Shown: positions 28,150 to 41,032 of the stretch, one piece after another | How the letters are laid out: the number at the start of each line of letters is the position of its first letter | Position numbering within the stretch: the stretch's first letter is position 1 | Origin: Nageia nagi | Taxonomy: Eukaryota; Plantae; Pinophyta | NCBI GenBank assembly: GCA_050084985.1 | Contig: JBITNC010000001.1 | Span: 26,846,001 to 26,910,000, forward strand | DNA length: 64,000 nucleotides | Direction: 5' to 3' | Position numbers and translations under genes: made by a program | Notes under the pieces: generated by a model | What the model was told of the DNA's origin: nothing | The model's input: only the letters and a program-made list of their open reading frames with translations | The model's database searches: none

Positions 28150-29551
28150 TGGTTTTTGTTGGGGGCGTTTTCTTTCCTACCTTGTTGACAGGCAAATGGC
28201 TTGCAAGGCTTGTAAATAAACCAACACCTAGGTGGAAGGGTGCTACCCCTTCCTGCTATAAGGATTGGTTACCTCAAAAGTCTCTTGGGATGGATGTGTG
28301 AGAATAGGACTCACAAGATTGGATAGGATGTTTGAAGTTGCTACCAACTCAAATAAAATTTGTTAACCAATGACTCAGAGTGTCCCTATATCCAGACAAG
28401 GGCGGTTTCTCAGACAAACAAAATAAAAATAGAGGTGCGAAAGCCATGGAAAAAAGTGAAAAATAAAGAAAAAGTAGAATAGATGGTGGTATGTGAGTTA
28501 AGCACAAGTGTTAATGGTCTCATTGACTAACACAGACTTTGAGAATCAACTCTCTTAGGCTTGTTACAAGTTCCACACACTCCTGATCCACCTAACTAGC
28601 CAACAACACGAATGGCCTAACAAGAGGAGCTTGAAGGTAAGGCACTGATGGTAAATAATGGAACGTGGGTAGACCTTTGACAAGGGAGTGAAGTTCCTAT
28701 GCTAAGCGATATAAGGGAGCCATCTCAAAGTGTACAAGTCAACAATGCAAACTATGAATTGTTACACAACCAAGCATTACTTGAATATTTCTCAAAATGT
28801 TCAAGCACTCTTTTGTCCACCTTCAACAAGATTTACAAAATGTACCAAGCACTCAAGATAACACAAGATAGTAACATCCATTCACATTCATAGTTCCAAG
28901 TAAATGAGAGCATTCACTATTCAATTACTTGAAGTATACCACATTCACAAATTGATAAAACTTGCTAGCTTGAAAATATTAGGTAATTGTCTAGTTTGCA
29001 AAATGTTTAATCCCCTAACAAATGAGCCCTTAAGGACTATAAATAGTATTTTGGCAAACTCAAGTGTTGCTCTAACTCTAATTACATTTTTCGAGAACAT
29101 AAATATGGTCCACTAACATATCACCACGTGGTGTTACAAGATCTGTTCCAGCACTTGTGGGAGCAAATCCTCATCCATCACAAGTATGGAATAAAATATT
29201 CAATTAAAAGTGTTTTTCTAAAAATAAAAATATTTTGCTGAAATAAAATAATAAAAAGAACTATGATGGTGGCCCAAAGGTCGCAACTTTGTCCTCAAAG
29301 CCTTCGTCTAGAAACTTGGCTGTGAACTCCAAGCCTTGCACCATCTCGCAGGTTATCCCAAAGTTCCTGGCAATGCAACTATCAACTTCACAAGTGATCT
29401 TTTCCATCACCAACTTCTATGCATACACCCTCATCATGTGTTTGGCATGGCTCCCCATTCGGTATGCGTTTACATATTCTGTCACCAACAGGCTTTTGAG
29501 TAAGTGTCTTAATTCAACAGTCATCTCGTCTGGCTCTCTAATGGTGGTATC

Positions 29552-31411
29552 TAAAACACACCAAATACAAATGCACACAAAACAATACTAATTCCACAGA
29601 GTAAAATTTGATTTCTTTTATATTTTTTGTCTTTTCAATAAAGAAAGCTTGCAACTACAGCAAATTATAGGTAACAAAAACAATGCATTACAATTGTATG
29701 TAAGCAAGAGAACTACAAATCACTAAAAACACCTCGAAGAGCTGTTCAAACAGTTGTAACACTTCAAAACTCAAAACAAACCCCACAAGAACTGGACAAA
29801 CAACTGTATACTGGATTGTCTGAACAAAACACACCTCTATCTTGCTGAACAAAGGCTGATATGCCCAAAATTGTGCCGATACTAGATTGTCTTCAACAAA
29901 ACTAAGCATGAACGTGGCTCCCTTGACAGTTTTGGCCCATATAACCTACAAAACAGTCCTCTCAAGGCTGATATCTTACTCCAATCGCCTCTAAATGCTA
30001 GATCTCTACTCATAAACTTCTAACTTGCCCTCCAATAGGCATATCTACACTTCAGCTTTAATGATGCTCCTCAAATCAAGCCCAAATCATCAACCCTGAT
30101 GTGGATTGGTTAGATCCAATTGGGTAGATAGCTCTAGGATCTGATCCTTCAAGCCTCCTTTGAATTGATCTCCAATGGGAACCCCCAGAAACTCCAACAT
30201 AATGCAAGAGTCCAAAAGAGCAAAGCTCTTCCAAATTCCAAATTCACCTCTTCCAAATGACCAACTCTTTCTCTTAAATAGTCTTGAAAATCTTAATTTA
30301 AGCCTCTTGACAGTTACAAAAGTCTGCCTCATAACAGTTACAAATCCTCTTCTATGGCAGTTACAAAAGCCTTAAATAATACCTTAAGACTTTGACCTCA
30401 TTACAATTACTTTTGCCAAAATGGCAGTTACAAATACTAGAGACATTTAATACTGCCTTATCATCCCAGCCATCAAGCTAAAAATGTGCACCAAGTTGAT
30501 GACATTATTTAATACCTTTTTTCTTGTCCCAAAACTATTTTAAATACATAACCAACTCCATAAACACTTATACTAATAATAAAACTTCTCCAAACACACT
30601 AACCCAACCCTTAGAGGCCCACAAACACAACAAAACATAAATTTGAAATGTTTACAAGGCTGGAAATATTTTGGGACACTACAGTATTTTCCTCAAGAAA
30701 CTTGATCTCGTACTCCATCTTCTTTAGTCGTGAGTTCACCTGTGATGACCCTAAATTTACAATTTCATAAATTTTTAGAATATAACTTAGAAACTTACCA
30801 AAAATAGCAAAATTGACAGAAACACCATCACAATTTTTTTTATTTATTTTTCTGAAAGGTGGAATAGTCTAAACAGCCAAAAGGGTATCCAGATCTGCAA
30901 TTTGTTTTTCTTGAAACACCCCCCCCCCCTAAAAATCTAGGGATTGCACAAAATAGCTCCCAAGATGGGGCATCACACTTCCTTGATCACCAATACTGAA
31001 AGAAAATACAAATTTGAGCACCAATATGAATTTTGAAATGAATTCACCTTTTCAACCATACACTAGGGCACATCACCTAGCTAATACAATTGAAAACCAC
31101 AAGAAACTAGGGCACATCTCCTAGCTTTCTCAATGGTGGAGTTGGGGAGCAGCCACAACATAAAATTGTAATAACAAAGTTATAAGCTAACCCTAATTTG
31201 GGTGCCCAACGTACCTTTATAGACAAGTTCTATTTTGATGTTGAGTTGGGCCCACCATAACTTAAGTGACTCACTTAAGTTATAACATTAAAATATTATA
31301 CTCCTAGCACAAAAGGGCCGCCCATATCACCCTTAATACACATAAATAAATTAAAACATTTTAAGTGGGATTACAATGCCAAAAATAAAATAGAAAAATG
31401 GGGACATAACA
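29552..31411 (-). mobile_element. Two truncated LTR fragments nested in copy B (right ends at 30977 and 31411)
   Basis: LTR-like termini GGGGCATCACA (30977) and GGGGACATAACA (31411). The block is absent from copy C. Left ends and TSDs not found, and about 45 bp of host ORF are missing. Confidence 0.55.
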
Positions 31412-31502
31412 TCACCTCGTCATTGATCCTTGTAATCTCTTTACTCACCTCTTGGAAGCGAGTACTCATTTGCTGTACTATTCCCAAGTAGAATGAATAT
31501 TT

Positions 31503-32732
31503 TGAGATGCTCCAAAACACAATTCAACAACTCAATCAACAAATTCAACTATATAACTTTGGCGTCAGGTCTAGGGCTTCAACCACATGCATTCAAACCC
31601 TCCAATTGCCAACATTAGGGTTAGACCATCAATAATCAATATACACAACACTACAATACCCACATCTGACTAATACATGCAATTAACAACAAATATCATC
31701 CCACAATGCCAACGTCTGATAATTACAAGCATGAACAACAATAGTGATCCAACGCATTAACAAATGAATAGATGCAAGACAAGTATGAGATTTGAATGCC
31801 CTTGGCACTATACAAATGATATGGAATAACAATGATACTATACCAAGCCCAGGAGGGTTGACGTTGGCCTCTCAAGAATCAACTAGGGCACAACATTGAA
31901 TAACCTCACAACTGAAACAATCCTGGAACCATAGGACAGTATGCTCTTTGAGAATTTGATTCCCCTCCACCAAAGGAGTCCTCAAACCCTCGATAACCAC
32001 TAAAGGTAGAAGCAATACCTTGGATACCACTGGATGGGCAAGGGCTGCGCCAATGCCGTAGACAGACATGATCCCTCAGCGTGAATGCCCTCCTAAGTGC
32101 TACACTTAGGGAGATTGCTTAGCACTGCTAAGACTTGTTGTCCTTTGAACAGAATGTGTGTAATAATAATAATCTGTATATCCAGTAATGAGGCTCCAGT
32201 GTCTATTTATACATTAGCTCTGTCCATATTTCACCTAGGAGTCATCACCTAGCTCCTCTAATCCAACATTGGCCTCCTGGGGGCCCGAAATACCTAACGT
32301 GGGTGCCTAGGGGTTAGGCATGCCAATGTAGGGGGCCAAAGTGCATTAAGTGCCAACGTTGAGTCCTAGGTGTGCCACGCATGCCCACGTGGGTCAAGGA
32401 ATCATGCGTGGGAGTCTTGGTGTCCAACTGGGCCAACATGGGGGTGTGGGGGCCTCCCCAAGATTGGCGTGAGTAAATAATGAGCCATCCATCACCTAAA
32501 TGTAGCTATAGACCTTGGGATTCCCACAATCATTATCGAGATCTCCAAGTACGTAATAAATGCCTAATCTATCCTTAGGAGGGAGACGTCCCACTTGGGG
32601 CTCACAGTGGGGTCCATTGATCCATTAAGTCTCCTATCCTAAATTACAATTATGAAATGGAAAATGCATAAATAAAGTATATTACAAAGAAGAATCTTTC
32701 GGACCCACTAACTGAATAAGGGGGATGTCACA
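31503..32732 (-). mobile_element. Solo LTR (~1.2 kb family, copy 2)
   Basis: TGAGATG...GGGGATGTCACA, flanks TATTT/TATTC; family motif at ~32590. Confidence 0.85.
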
Positions 32733-35340
32733 TATTCATTGCAAAAGTTATCATCTTCCAATCTTTCATTCCCTATTGCTTGAACGTTTTCGAATACCAG
32801 TCTCTGAGACTCCATTCTCAAGGGACTCCACCTTGTTCATCATAATTCCTTTAAGCTTCTGTTCGATGGAGACTTTCCGCAAGGCCTCCACAAATTGCGT
32901 CACCATCACTAGTACTTCGATCAACTCTTCTTTGACAGCTACCAATCCCTCCAGTGGTTTCAACTTCTTAAGTTCTTTAGGGGGCATCTTCACAAACTCT
33001 TATCTCTTGTGTCAATCTTCTTTGGGCGGCCAACTCCTTCTTAAGACTCTCAATCTCCTTTTCTTTCTGCAACATGTACTTCATTATTGCATCGACATTG
33101 GCTATGATGGATTGCTTCCTTCCCACAATCCCAATATTGCTTGTGTTGATTATCTGACTAATCTGCTTGAGGTCTTCAGGCTTATGTGAGTTGGCCTTGT
33201 CTATGTACACAGTCTTGATATGAATAACATCCTTGGTCATGTGTATGTATGTTTGACTCTTCTTTGGGCAAGTGGAGTTGTCCCCTATTTGATCTCCATT
33301 GACACACCTAACTCCCTTGTCTGTCGCCACATCTTCCAACACCCACACATCATGCTTATCTATCATTTCTCTTACTTGTTCTACCATTGTCTTTGCTGGG
33401 CTTCTACCATGCATAGAAGGATACTACTCGATAGGTTTTTCATCCACCAAGGGGTATTGTGTGACTCGGAATGTAGACTATTCTCACCTCTTCCCCTTAG
33501 AGTGTGACAATCTTTTATGTATCGTGGGTTCCACTGTTTTCTGATGCTTCTTGCCCTCTTCTTGCAATTGAACACGGATCTTCCTCATCTTTGTCTCACT
33601 ACTCACATTCTTGAACAACTCATCATCTCCAATCGGCTTATGCTCATAAGCCCTCTTTCGCTCCTTCATATAGAAGCTGTGAATCTTGTGCTCAGGGTCA
33701 TAGTGGTCTACTGAATTCATCTTCTTAAAATGGTATTTTTCTAACTCTCCTTTCATGGTATCAACATCTGCCTAGGTCTTACACTGATATTCCCCTACTA
33801 TGACTGTTAAGTTGGTGGTAGTAGACTTCTTGTGCCATACGTGCTCATGTAAGAAGGCCAATTGCCTCATCATCTCCATTATGACCAATTTGTTGCTAAC
33901 GTACCTAGATAGTTGGTACGACTCCATGGTAGACCCATAAATCCTGAGATACGAGTAGTGTTGATGATGAAGGAAGAAATTTCCATGCTTCTTCAAAGCA
34001 TCTTGAGCCAAGTTCAAAATCCTAGTGATTGTGACTTCCCCTTTCAACTCCTTATAGATCTTGTATTCCCATCCATCTTTTCTCATAAAGAAGCTATCCC
34101 ATCTCCTTTCAACCTTCCACTTGGGGTAACACTTCCATGTTGCATAGGTCCCTTTCTCGATCAAGGTAATCTCTCCAAGAGCAGTTGGTCTATACTTCCC
34201 ATGAAGCAACAAGTACACCAAGTAGGAGTTCATGTAGAATTTTCTGGAGGTACCCATCGATGATAGTTGTTCAGCAAGAGTATCACTTAGAACTTTGCTC
34301 CACTTGATCTTCCTTCCTTTTCCCATTTCTAAAATGAAGTCGAAGAACTCCTTTTTGAACTTGCTAGTGTTCCTCCTTCCCGAGCAATCTAGACAACATC
34401 AATATCATTTTATCCATGGTAGGATAAAAGTTAGTGCGTGGAACGTTTATAAGGGCATTCCTCTTTAAACCATGATGCTCTTCAAGCATCCAATCTTTGA
34501 TCGACTGCAGCTCTATTTCTGGATTGATAGTGGGTGAGTGATTCTGCTTTACTATATTTGAAACTTCCCTGCTTCGGGGCTGAAATCCATGATCACATCT
34601 CCCTTGATGTCCCTCAACACCCTCTTGCCCTTTTTCCAATGTTGGCTCACCTCAACGCATAGCTCTGGGAAAGGGAGTGCAATTGGGATAGAAGTGGCCG
34701 TTGCAAGATCGGAGAAGAATACCACGTCTTTCTCAACATATTCAACTCTATGCCACGAATCCTTTCTCTCATTTGGATGGGGTCAACCTTTTGCTAATCC
34801 TTGTCCCCGATGGTGGTGAATTCATTCTTCGAAAACCTAGCCCCTTGCTCCAAGGGCTCTTGCCTTTCACATATTTGGACAACACTGTCTTGCCTTGGGC
34901 GTTCAAGTTCCATGGAGTACTCTCTAGCCACATTGCTCCTTGAGTTAGATATCTTAGAGGTGGCCGAATGGGAGAATGGTGTCTCTTGGAGTCTTGTGCA
35001 AGCTCCCTTGAATGTGTTCTTCTTGATGATGCCCTAGCTTTGCTTCCAAATCACCTACGCAAGCTTGGAAAGACAATGAAGCGAATTTGAAACCTTAATT
35101 TTGCTCTTTCTTCACTCTTGCACAAAAAATGAAGAAGAAAATGGTTTTGATTTGAAAAAATGAGCCCATTCTTCTCATATTTATAGTGCAAAATTAGGTT
35201 TTCCCTAATCCTTGTCGGCCATATCTGGAGAAAACTTGATCTTAGCTGTCTAGGTGGTCGACCTCGAGATGCATGCCGCCTGGAAATATGAAATTTGGAG
35301 CTTGTTGCCGAGCGCGGAGGAAGAGAAAGCACTTCCAGGG

Positions 35341-36195
35341 CTAGCGCATGCCAAAAAAAGACAAAATTTTGTCTTTAGGCATGCGCTCAACTTGAGGCCT
35401 CCTGACACTTGGGTACAAATCATTCCGGCTCTTTAACTTGTCTTCTTCGACCTTATGCCTGTCTTCTAGCTTTGAGTTGCTCATGATTCTATCTTCTTCG
35501 GAGCCTAAACTTATCAAATCTTCATCTTGAGCTCTTCCATGATCCCCCTCAAGCTAGGTGCATGCCACAAAAGAAAAAAAATTGTTTTTTTGAACCATGC
35601 ACCACCTTTGCAAGCCATTCCAATTTGAGCGCATCCCCCAGAAAGTAAAGAATTTGTCTTTTTGAAGTGTGCGTTGGCTTGCGCTTGCCCAATTTGACTT
35701 GTTTTTGTACCTTTGCGAGTGGGACTTAGAGCCAAATTTCTTCATTTTCCTCGACCTAGGCTCTTTCTTGGCTAGGCGCATGCCATAGGAAGTCAAAATT
35801 TTGTCTTTTGAAATCATGTGCCTACCCTCTTGTTTTTGCTTGGACTAGATGCTAGCTTCGAAAGCCCATGCCTTAGCCAAATTTTTCCTTGAGTTCAATC
35901 CAGATGGCCTTCTACCCTAGGCGCATGCAAATGAAGACAAAATCTTCTCTTTTTGAGAGGTGTGCTCAGCCCTTGGATGCCCTACTTTTACTTGCTCAAA
36001 TTCAACCTTGCCCTAGGTGGGCTCTTGATCTGGGTGCATGTCACAGAAAGACAAAAACTTGTTTTTTGGAGGCATGTGCTAGGCCTTAGAATGCTTTAGT
36101 TAGCTTCCGTTATGCTTCATCTCAATCTAGGCAACTCTTGGACTTAGGCGTATGCCACAGAAAGACAAAATTTTGTCTTTTTGAAAAATGTGAGG
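35341..36195. repeat. Array of 7 imperfect ~50-bp palindromes (copy B)
   Basis: Units at ~35341, 35555, 35628, 35773, 35918, 36031 and 36145 with AAGACAAAA/TTTTGTCTT arms flanked by GCGCATG/CATGCGC. Confidence 0.9.
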
Positions 36196-36678
36196 AGCCT
36201 TGGGGTAGTCCAGTTTTACCTGCTCTGGTTCAGACTTGACTTGGTTTCCCTAACATTGCCTATATTTGATTTCTTATTTTCAGACTGTCATTTTTTTGGA
36301 GTTTTTTCGGTCTTGGCCTAAAATAACTAAGACTGGGAAAGTTGTAACACTTAGGCTTAGGATGATAGACGTGATAACTAGGTGAGTAGAGCTTTGAGAT
36401 GAGCGTGACATTGCTTGGACAAAGGTTTATGGGTCTCCAAAATTGCAGGATTTAGGGTTGTGTTGTGCTAGTGACAATAGCTTCCTGCTAGACTGTGATC
36501 AAATCTGAAGGTTGCGACTAGATCTACAAATTTGAAGACTAGATTTGAAGTTTGTAATTAGATCTGAGGAGTTTATGATCAAATCTGACAGATTTGAAAG
36601 TTTATGATCAAATTTGAGATTGGTGATTAGATTTGAAAATTTGAGAATCGGATCTAAAGTGATGTAAAGATTGGAGAG

Positions 36679-38296
36679 ATGGCTGATGACTATTTGGCTA
36701 TTGAAAAGCAAAGAAGAGCTGATGTAAAGTTCCTAAATGAACAATTGTGCCAAATGCACCTTCCCTCAATCAACCACAAAGGACGGCAAGCCCAGAGTAC
36801 CTCTCAAACTCAATCAAACCCTCCTTATGCCCATGTTGGGACTAGATCTCCAGATCTAGTCACAAATGATACCCGAATGGCAACGTCTTACTCCCTTGAT
36901 CAATTACCAATCCTTACACAAGAATGATACAGACAGAGCATTCATTCATTGTCAACGCATACATGCAATGATCATCCACAACACAATAAATGAGATAGGA
37001 ATCCTCAATGATATATTTATTCAATAGAGACAATTACATCAGCCCAATGGCAGCAGTGGCCTCTTCAAGACGACCAGATATACACAATCACTCTCAAATA
37101 CAACTTGAATCAATGGGACAGATTCACTTCCTTGACCCTCGACTTCTCTCGATCGAAGGTGCTTTCGTCGAACACTGGAAATCCAACTGAATGGTAGGAA
37201 TGGAATCCTCGGATGCTACCAGATGGACTTGATGCTACACCAAGTCAAGATAACTGGGAACCCTCAGCCCAATCACCCTTTAGACGCCCCGTCTAGGTAG
37301 AATTGCTCAGCCCTGGCTAAGACTTGCTGTCTAGTAGTCAAATAGAAGAAGTAATAATCATCAATCTCTATCCTCAAATGAGCCTCCAAGGTCTTTTTAT
37401 AATCTCATATTGTGTTTTTGCCTCAAAGTCACCAATCCCCCTTTATTTCCAACGTTGACCAGCTAGGGGGGCCCATGATGCCCAACGTGGGTGTTCAAGT
37501 GTCCGATCATGCCACGTGGGTCCTCCTTATGCTCAAACGGCTACACATGTCTCGGGGGTGCCACGCATGCATGGAAGTCACGGGAAGGTTGACATGGGGT
37601 CTCAAGGTGTTGCTGGGTCTCTTGGGTGGACATGGGGTCACTCTTGGCTTGATGCATGCATGATGAGCGATCTATACTAATAAATCTCCTATGCTAATCC
37701 ACAAGAGGGAGACGTCCCACTTGGGGCTCACAATGGGGGTCAATGACCCGATAAGTCTCCTATCCCAGGTTATGACATGAAAAAAGAACACAAAGTAAAC
37801 CTACATTACAATGGGATTCTCAAGAATCCACTAAAGTTGTCCGGAGCACAAAGGGGATGTCACAGCTGAGGATGAAGGGAGAAGTAAAGCATTTGAGGAT
37901 AACATCGTAGGTATTTTTAATGATCAACAAAGAATGAATGGACTATTGAAACAAATGGCCACCAATTGGTTGTACTTGCTCCTCAACAAGCCGTTTGAAT
38001 ACAAAATGCACAACAAGCTTCAACGTCCTATGCCACACAAGGTTAAAGTTCCATGCAAACGACAAGTTCCACCACAATTATTATTGTCCACGCTTCGTCG
38101 CTTCCTAGGCCTAACAAGCCTATGTTTATCCAGCCTCCTATCATTCCAGATCTAGATCTTGTACACATTGAAGAATTAGTTTTGGAATGTGAAAGGAAAT
38201 CAGAAAATTTCAGAAACCTAGTTTCCTTTGATAAATATTTGGAATATTTGGGGAAAAAGTTGAATGGGAAAGACAACCGGAGTGATGAGATAAGAG
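36679..38296 (+). pseudogene. Interrupted first ORF of the cargo element (probable gag N-terminal remnant)
   Basis: Removing solo LTR 36723-37864 plus one TSD rejoins MADDYLAIEKQRRA-EDEGRSKAFEDNIVG in frame. It sits after the PBS and leader. No diagnostic gag core seen. Confidence 0.45.
36723..37864 (-). mobile_element. Solo LTR (~1.2 kb family, copy 3)
   Basis: TGTAAAG...GGGGATGTCACA with perfect TSD GCTGA (36718-36722, 37865-37869). Confidence 0.92.
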
Positions 38297-39123
38297 CAAT
38301 GTTATCAGGGGATGTTTCCCACCCCCTTTTTTTCCCATTTCCTTGTCCCTCACATCCTCGAGACTTGGGGACTCCTCAAGGGACGTTTCCCACCATTCCT
38401 TTTTAGGGTGTATGGAGGGGACGTCCTCGGGATGATTTCCCAAGCTCTGGGGATGTTTCCTTTTAAAATTTTGAATAGGGGACAACCAGCCGTCCCCCCT
38501 CTTGCACACTAAAAAAAAACTCAATTTTAAAATTTTTTTTTTTTCATAAACCTTAAGGGGGTGGGTCCCACAAGAGTCTCCACCCTACCAACCCTAAAAA
38601 CATGCCTTTATATTCACATTGCAATCATTTTGTCATTTACACTTATTTGTCATTTTTGACTAATTTGACATATTTATGTCAAAGATTATGCTTTTGGGCC
38701 TTAGCATATTCAAACTTAATGGCATTATGATTATCGACTATGATTATTAGACTAAATTTATGGCTCATTTTGATTTATCATTTTATGGTTTACCATTTAT
38801 ATTCAAATTTCTGATTTTCATTTTATAATCATGTTGCATGTTATTTGTTAGTAGTTACAGATTTTTATTTTCAAAGTATGTTACATATTTAAATTGGTCC
38901 ATGGATGAATCATGAATGCTAATGATGAATGAAACATTGAAACTATACCTAATATCTAGTTTTCTTAAATTTGAAAATTCTGGGGATTTTTTTAGTATAT
39001 ATATATATATATACTTGCCATTCCCCTCACGTTTCCTAAAATCAGGTCGCCATCCCCTACCGTCCTAGGGGACTCGTTCCCTCGTTTCCCCATCCCCCGG
39101 TCCCCTAGTCCGTGACAACCTTG
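38297..39123. mobile_element. Non-autonomous hAT element / MITE (827 bp)
   Basis: Perfect 8-bp TSD GATAAGAG (38289-38296, 39124-39131). TIRs CAATGTTATCAGGG versus reverse complement CAAGGTTGTCACGG. GGGGAC/GTCCCC subterminal motifs and an AT-rich core. Confidence 0.92.
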
Positions 39124-39463
39124 GATAAGAGATATGCTAAGATTTGGGCTTGCACAACCAACTTCCTATGTTGCTGCACGAGATCAGCGAGGTGAGAGCT
39201 CACTTGCTCATTCTTTGCTCATGTGGTTACCAAGATTTTTGTGAGGAAAGCCAAGCCCTCATAGATCTGCAATTAATGGTAAAACTGCAGAAGATAAGCT
39301 TGAAGTGAAACAAGAAAATGACAAAGAGAAGTCAAACATGGATCTTGAAGTGAAAATTGATGGACTTAACAAAATTGAAGAATCTTAGAATTGTATGGCA
39401 GAAGTTGAAAGAGATCAAGCCTTACAAATAGCAAAAACTATCATGAGGATGATTGATGTCACT

Positions 39464-39571
39464 ATACCTGGTTGTGGGAAATCTGCCTTTTGTGGAGAAA
39501 TCGCTAATGCCCCTGGTGGTCTTGGAGATCAGTGCTGTATGCATAGTCTTATGGGAGATTTTATAAAGGGT
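39464..39571 (+). pseudogene. RNL: Captured fragment of plant tRNA ligase (kinase P-loop region)
   Basis: IPGCGKSAFCGEIANAPGGLGDQCCMHSLMGDFIKG matches the remembered plant tRNA ligase GIPG.AKSALCKEL.NAPGG.GDDRPVH.LMGDL.KG. Confidence 0.85.
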
Positions 39572-40210
39572 TGCAATGAAGTTGAAGATTGTAGGCTTGT
39601 TGATGACAATGAGCAACTCAAGGTTGAGTCAACATTGAAGAAGTTTCAGGAACAATATCCTAAAGCTGTGAGGGAGAATGCAGTAAACTTTCTTTGGCAA
39701 GGAGTTGCTACTCATCATACAGGCTGCTTACCACTTTGGAAGACGTTCATCGAAGAGTGGTTTCAACAAGTTTGGATCTAGTTGTATTTGCTATTGAGAC
39801 ACTTGCTGCAAGGACAAATGTGCCTGCGAGGACAACTACGAGCACTCCCTGTTAAGCTTAAATTCGCTCCTTCAAATGATTGGAAGAGAAGGATGAAGAG
39901 GTATTGACAGGCAAGGGCATGTGGCTATTGTCCTAACTCCATTTGGAGGTGCAAAGGTATGCTGCAAACTTCTCTTTGCTGGTCCTGGCCCACTTGTTTC
40001 ACAATTTTCTGCTTCATATGGAATGTTTCTAAATCTTCTATTGGGTAAAAAGTTGACGCTCTATGATCATAACCCTAATGTGAGTAATGCCACTTATACG
40101 GGGCGTGCATTGGAAGAAGCACATGCATTGATTGAGCAAACTTTTGGTAATTATGTTAGTAGTGAGGTAATGATAGAAATAAAAAAGCAACTTGAGGAGT
40201 TGGGAGACTA
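39566..40210 (+). pseudogene. ISE2: Captured intronless fragment of Ski2-like DExH helicase ISE2
   Basis: YPKAVRE...GVATHHTGCLPLWKTFIEE, VVFAIETLAARTNVPART, QMIGREG*RGID, CCKLLFAG..PLVSQFSASYGM.LNLL and GRALEEA..LIEQTFGNYV; contains a frameshift and stops. Confidence 0.88.
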
Positions 40211-40419
40211 AAATTCGAAACACGTAGTAGGCAATGAAGAACGTGATGCCAAGAAATTCAGATATGACAATTCTTTTGAACATGGTAAATATCGGTTAGA
40301 GACTTAGAACTCATTGAGGTTGATTACATTGTTGATTTTGAGCCTAATGCAGCATCATGGAAGGGAATGGGTAAAATGAGCTCTGCTTTCCAGATGTTGG
40401 GGTTTGCGACTGTAACATC

Positions 40420-41032
40420 TAATAAGAAGCTACTACAATTTTCGTCCAGCACTGATGTTGATGTAGAAGATGAAATTTTGGTGTTGGAATTTGAAGAGAC
40501 ATTGCCATGTGGTGAGGCAATTCTAGGCATTGAATTTCAAGGCGTTCTAAATGATCAAATGAAAAGGTTTTATGGGAATACACATGTGATTAATGGTGAG
40601 ATAAGAAATATGGCAGTTACACAGTTTGAGCCAGCAGATGCTCAACGATGTTTTTATTGCTGGGATGAGCCTGCTTACAAGGCATCATTTAAAATAACAG
40701 TAGCAACACCTGTTGATCGTGGAGTTTTGTCAAATATGCCAGCTATTGAAGAAAAAGTTGATGGATCTAGGAAAAGAGTTTCCTTTGAGGAATTGCCTCT
40801 TATGTCTTCGTACCTTGTGGCATTTGTTGAGGGTGAATTTAAATATTTGGTAGAGACAACCACAACAGAATGTAAAGTACGTGTGGAAAAGACCAACCAA
40901 GGGAAGTTTGCTCTATTTGTTGCCTACTTTTTTATGCTGAGTATTTTGGGACTCCATATTCCCTTTCGAAGCTAGATAGGGTTGCTACACCTGATTTTTT
41001 TGACAGGGTGATGGAGAATTATGGGCTGGTTA
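40420..41032 (+). pseudogene. APM1: Captured intronless aminopeptidase M1 fragment, 5' part
   Basis: DEILVLEF, NMAVTQFEPADAQRCF.CWDEPA.KA.FKIT, LSNMP, PLMSSYLVA and MENYGLV (GAMEN motif mutated); frameshifted; split by copy C. Confidence 0.92.

Larger units (their letters stand above)
29290..35030 (-). pseudogene. Fragmented accessory ORF of copy B (transposon-associated protein, C-terminal coiled coil)
   Basis: Minus ORFs 34364-34639, 33772-34326, 33484-33756, 32977-33414 and 32766-32993 are successive pieces homologous to copy C, e.g. IKWSKVLSDTLAEQLSSMGTSRKFYMNSYLVY versus IRWSKVLCDSIADQLSSLGTTRKFYLNSYLVY. Confidence 0.8.
28157..36479 (-). mobile_element. Large TG...CA unit, copy B (~5.2 kb after removing nested insertions); probable solo LTR with accessory ORF
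   Basis: TGTTGGGGG...GACAATA (decayed CAACA), flanks GTTTT/GCTTC. Collinear with copy C at both ends, in the ORF and in the palindrome array. Confidence 0.8.
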
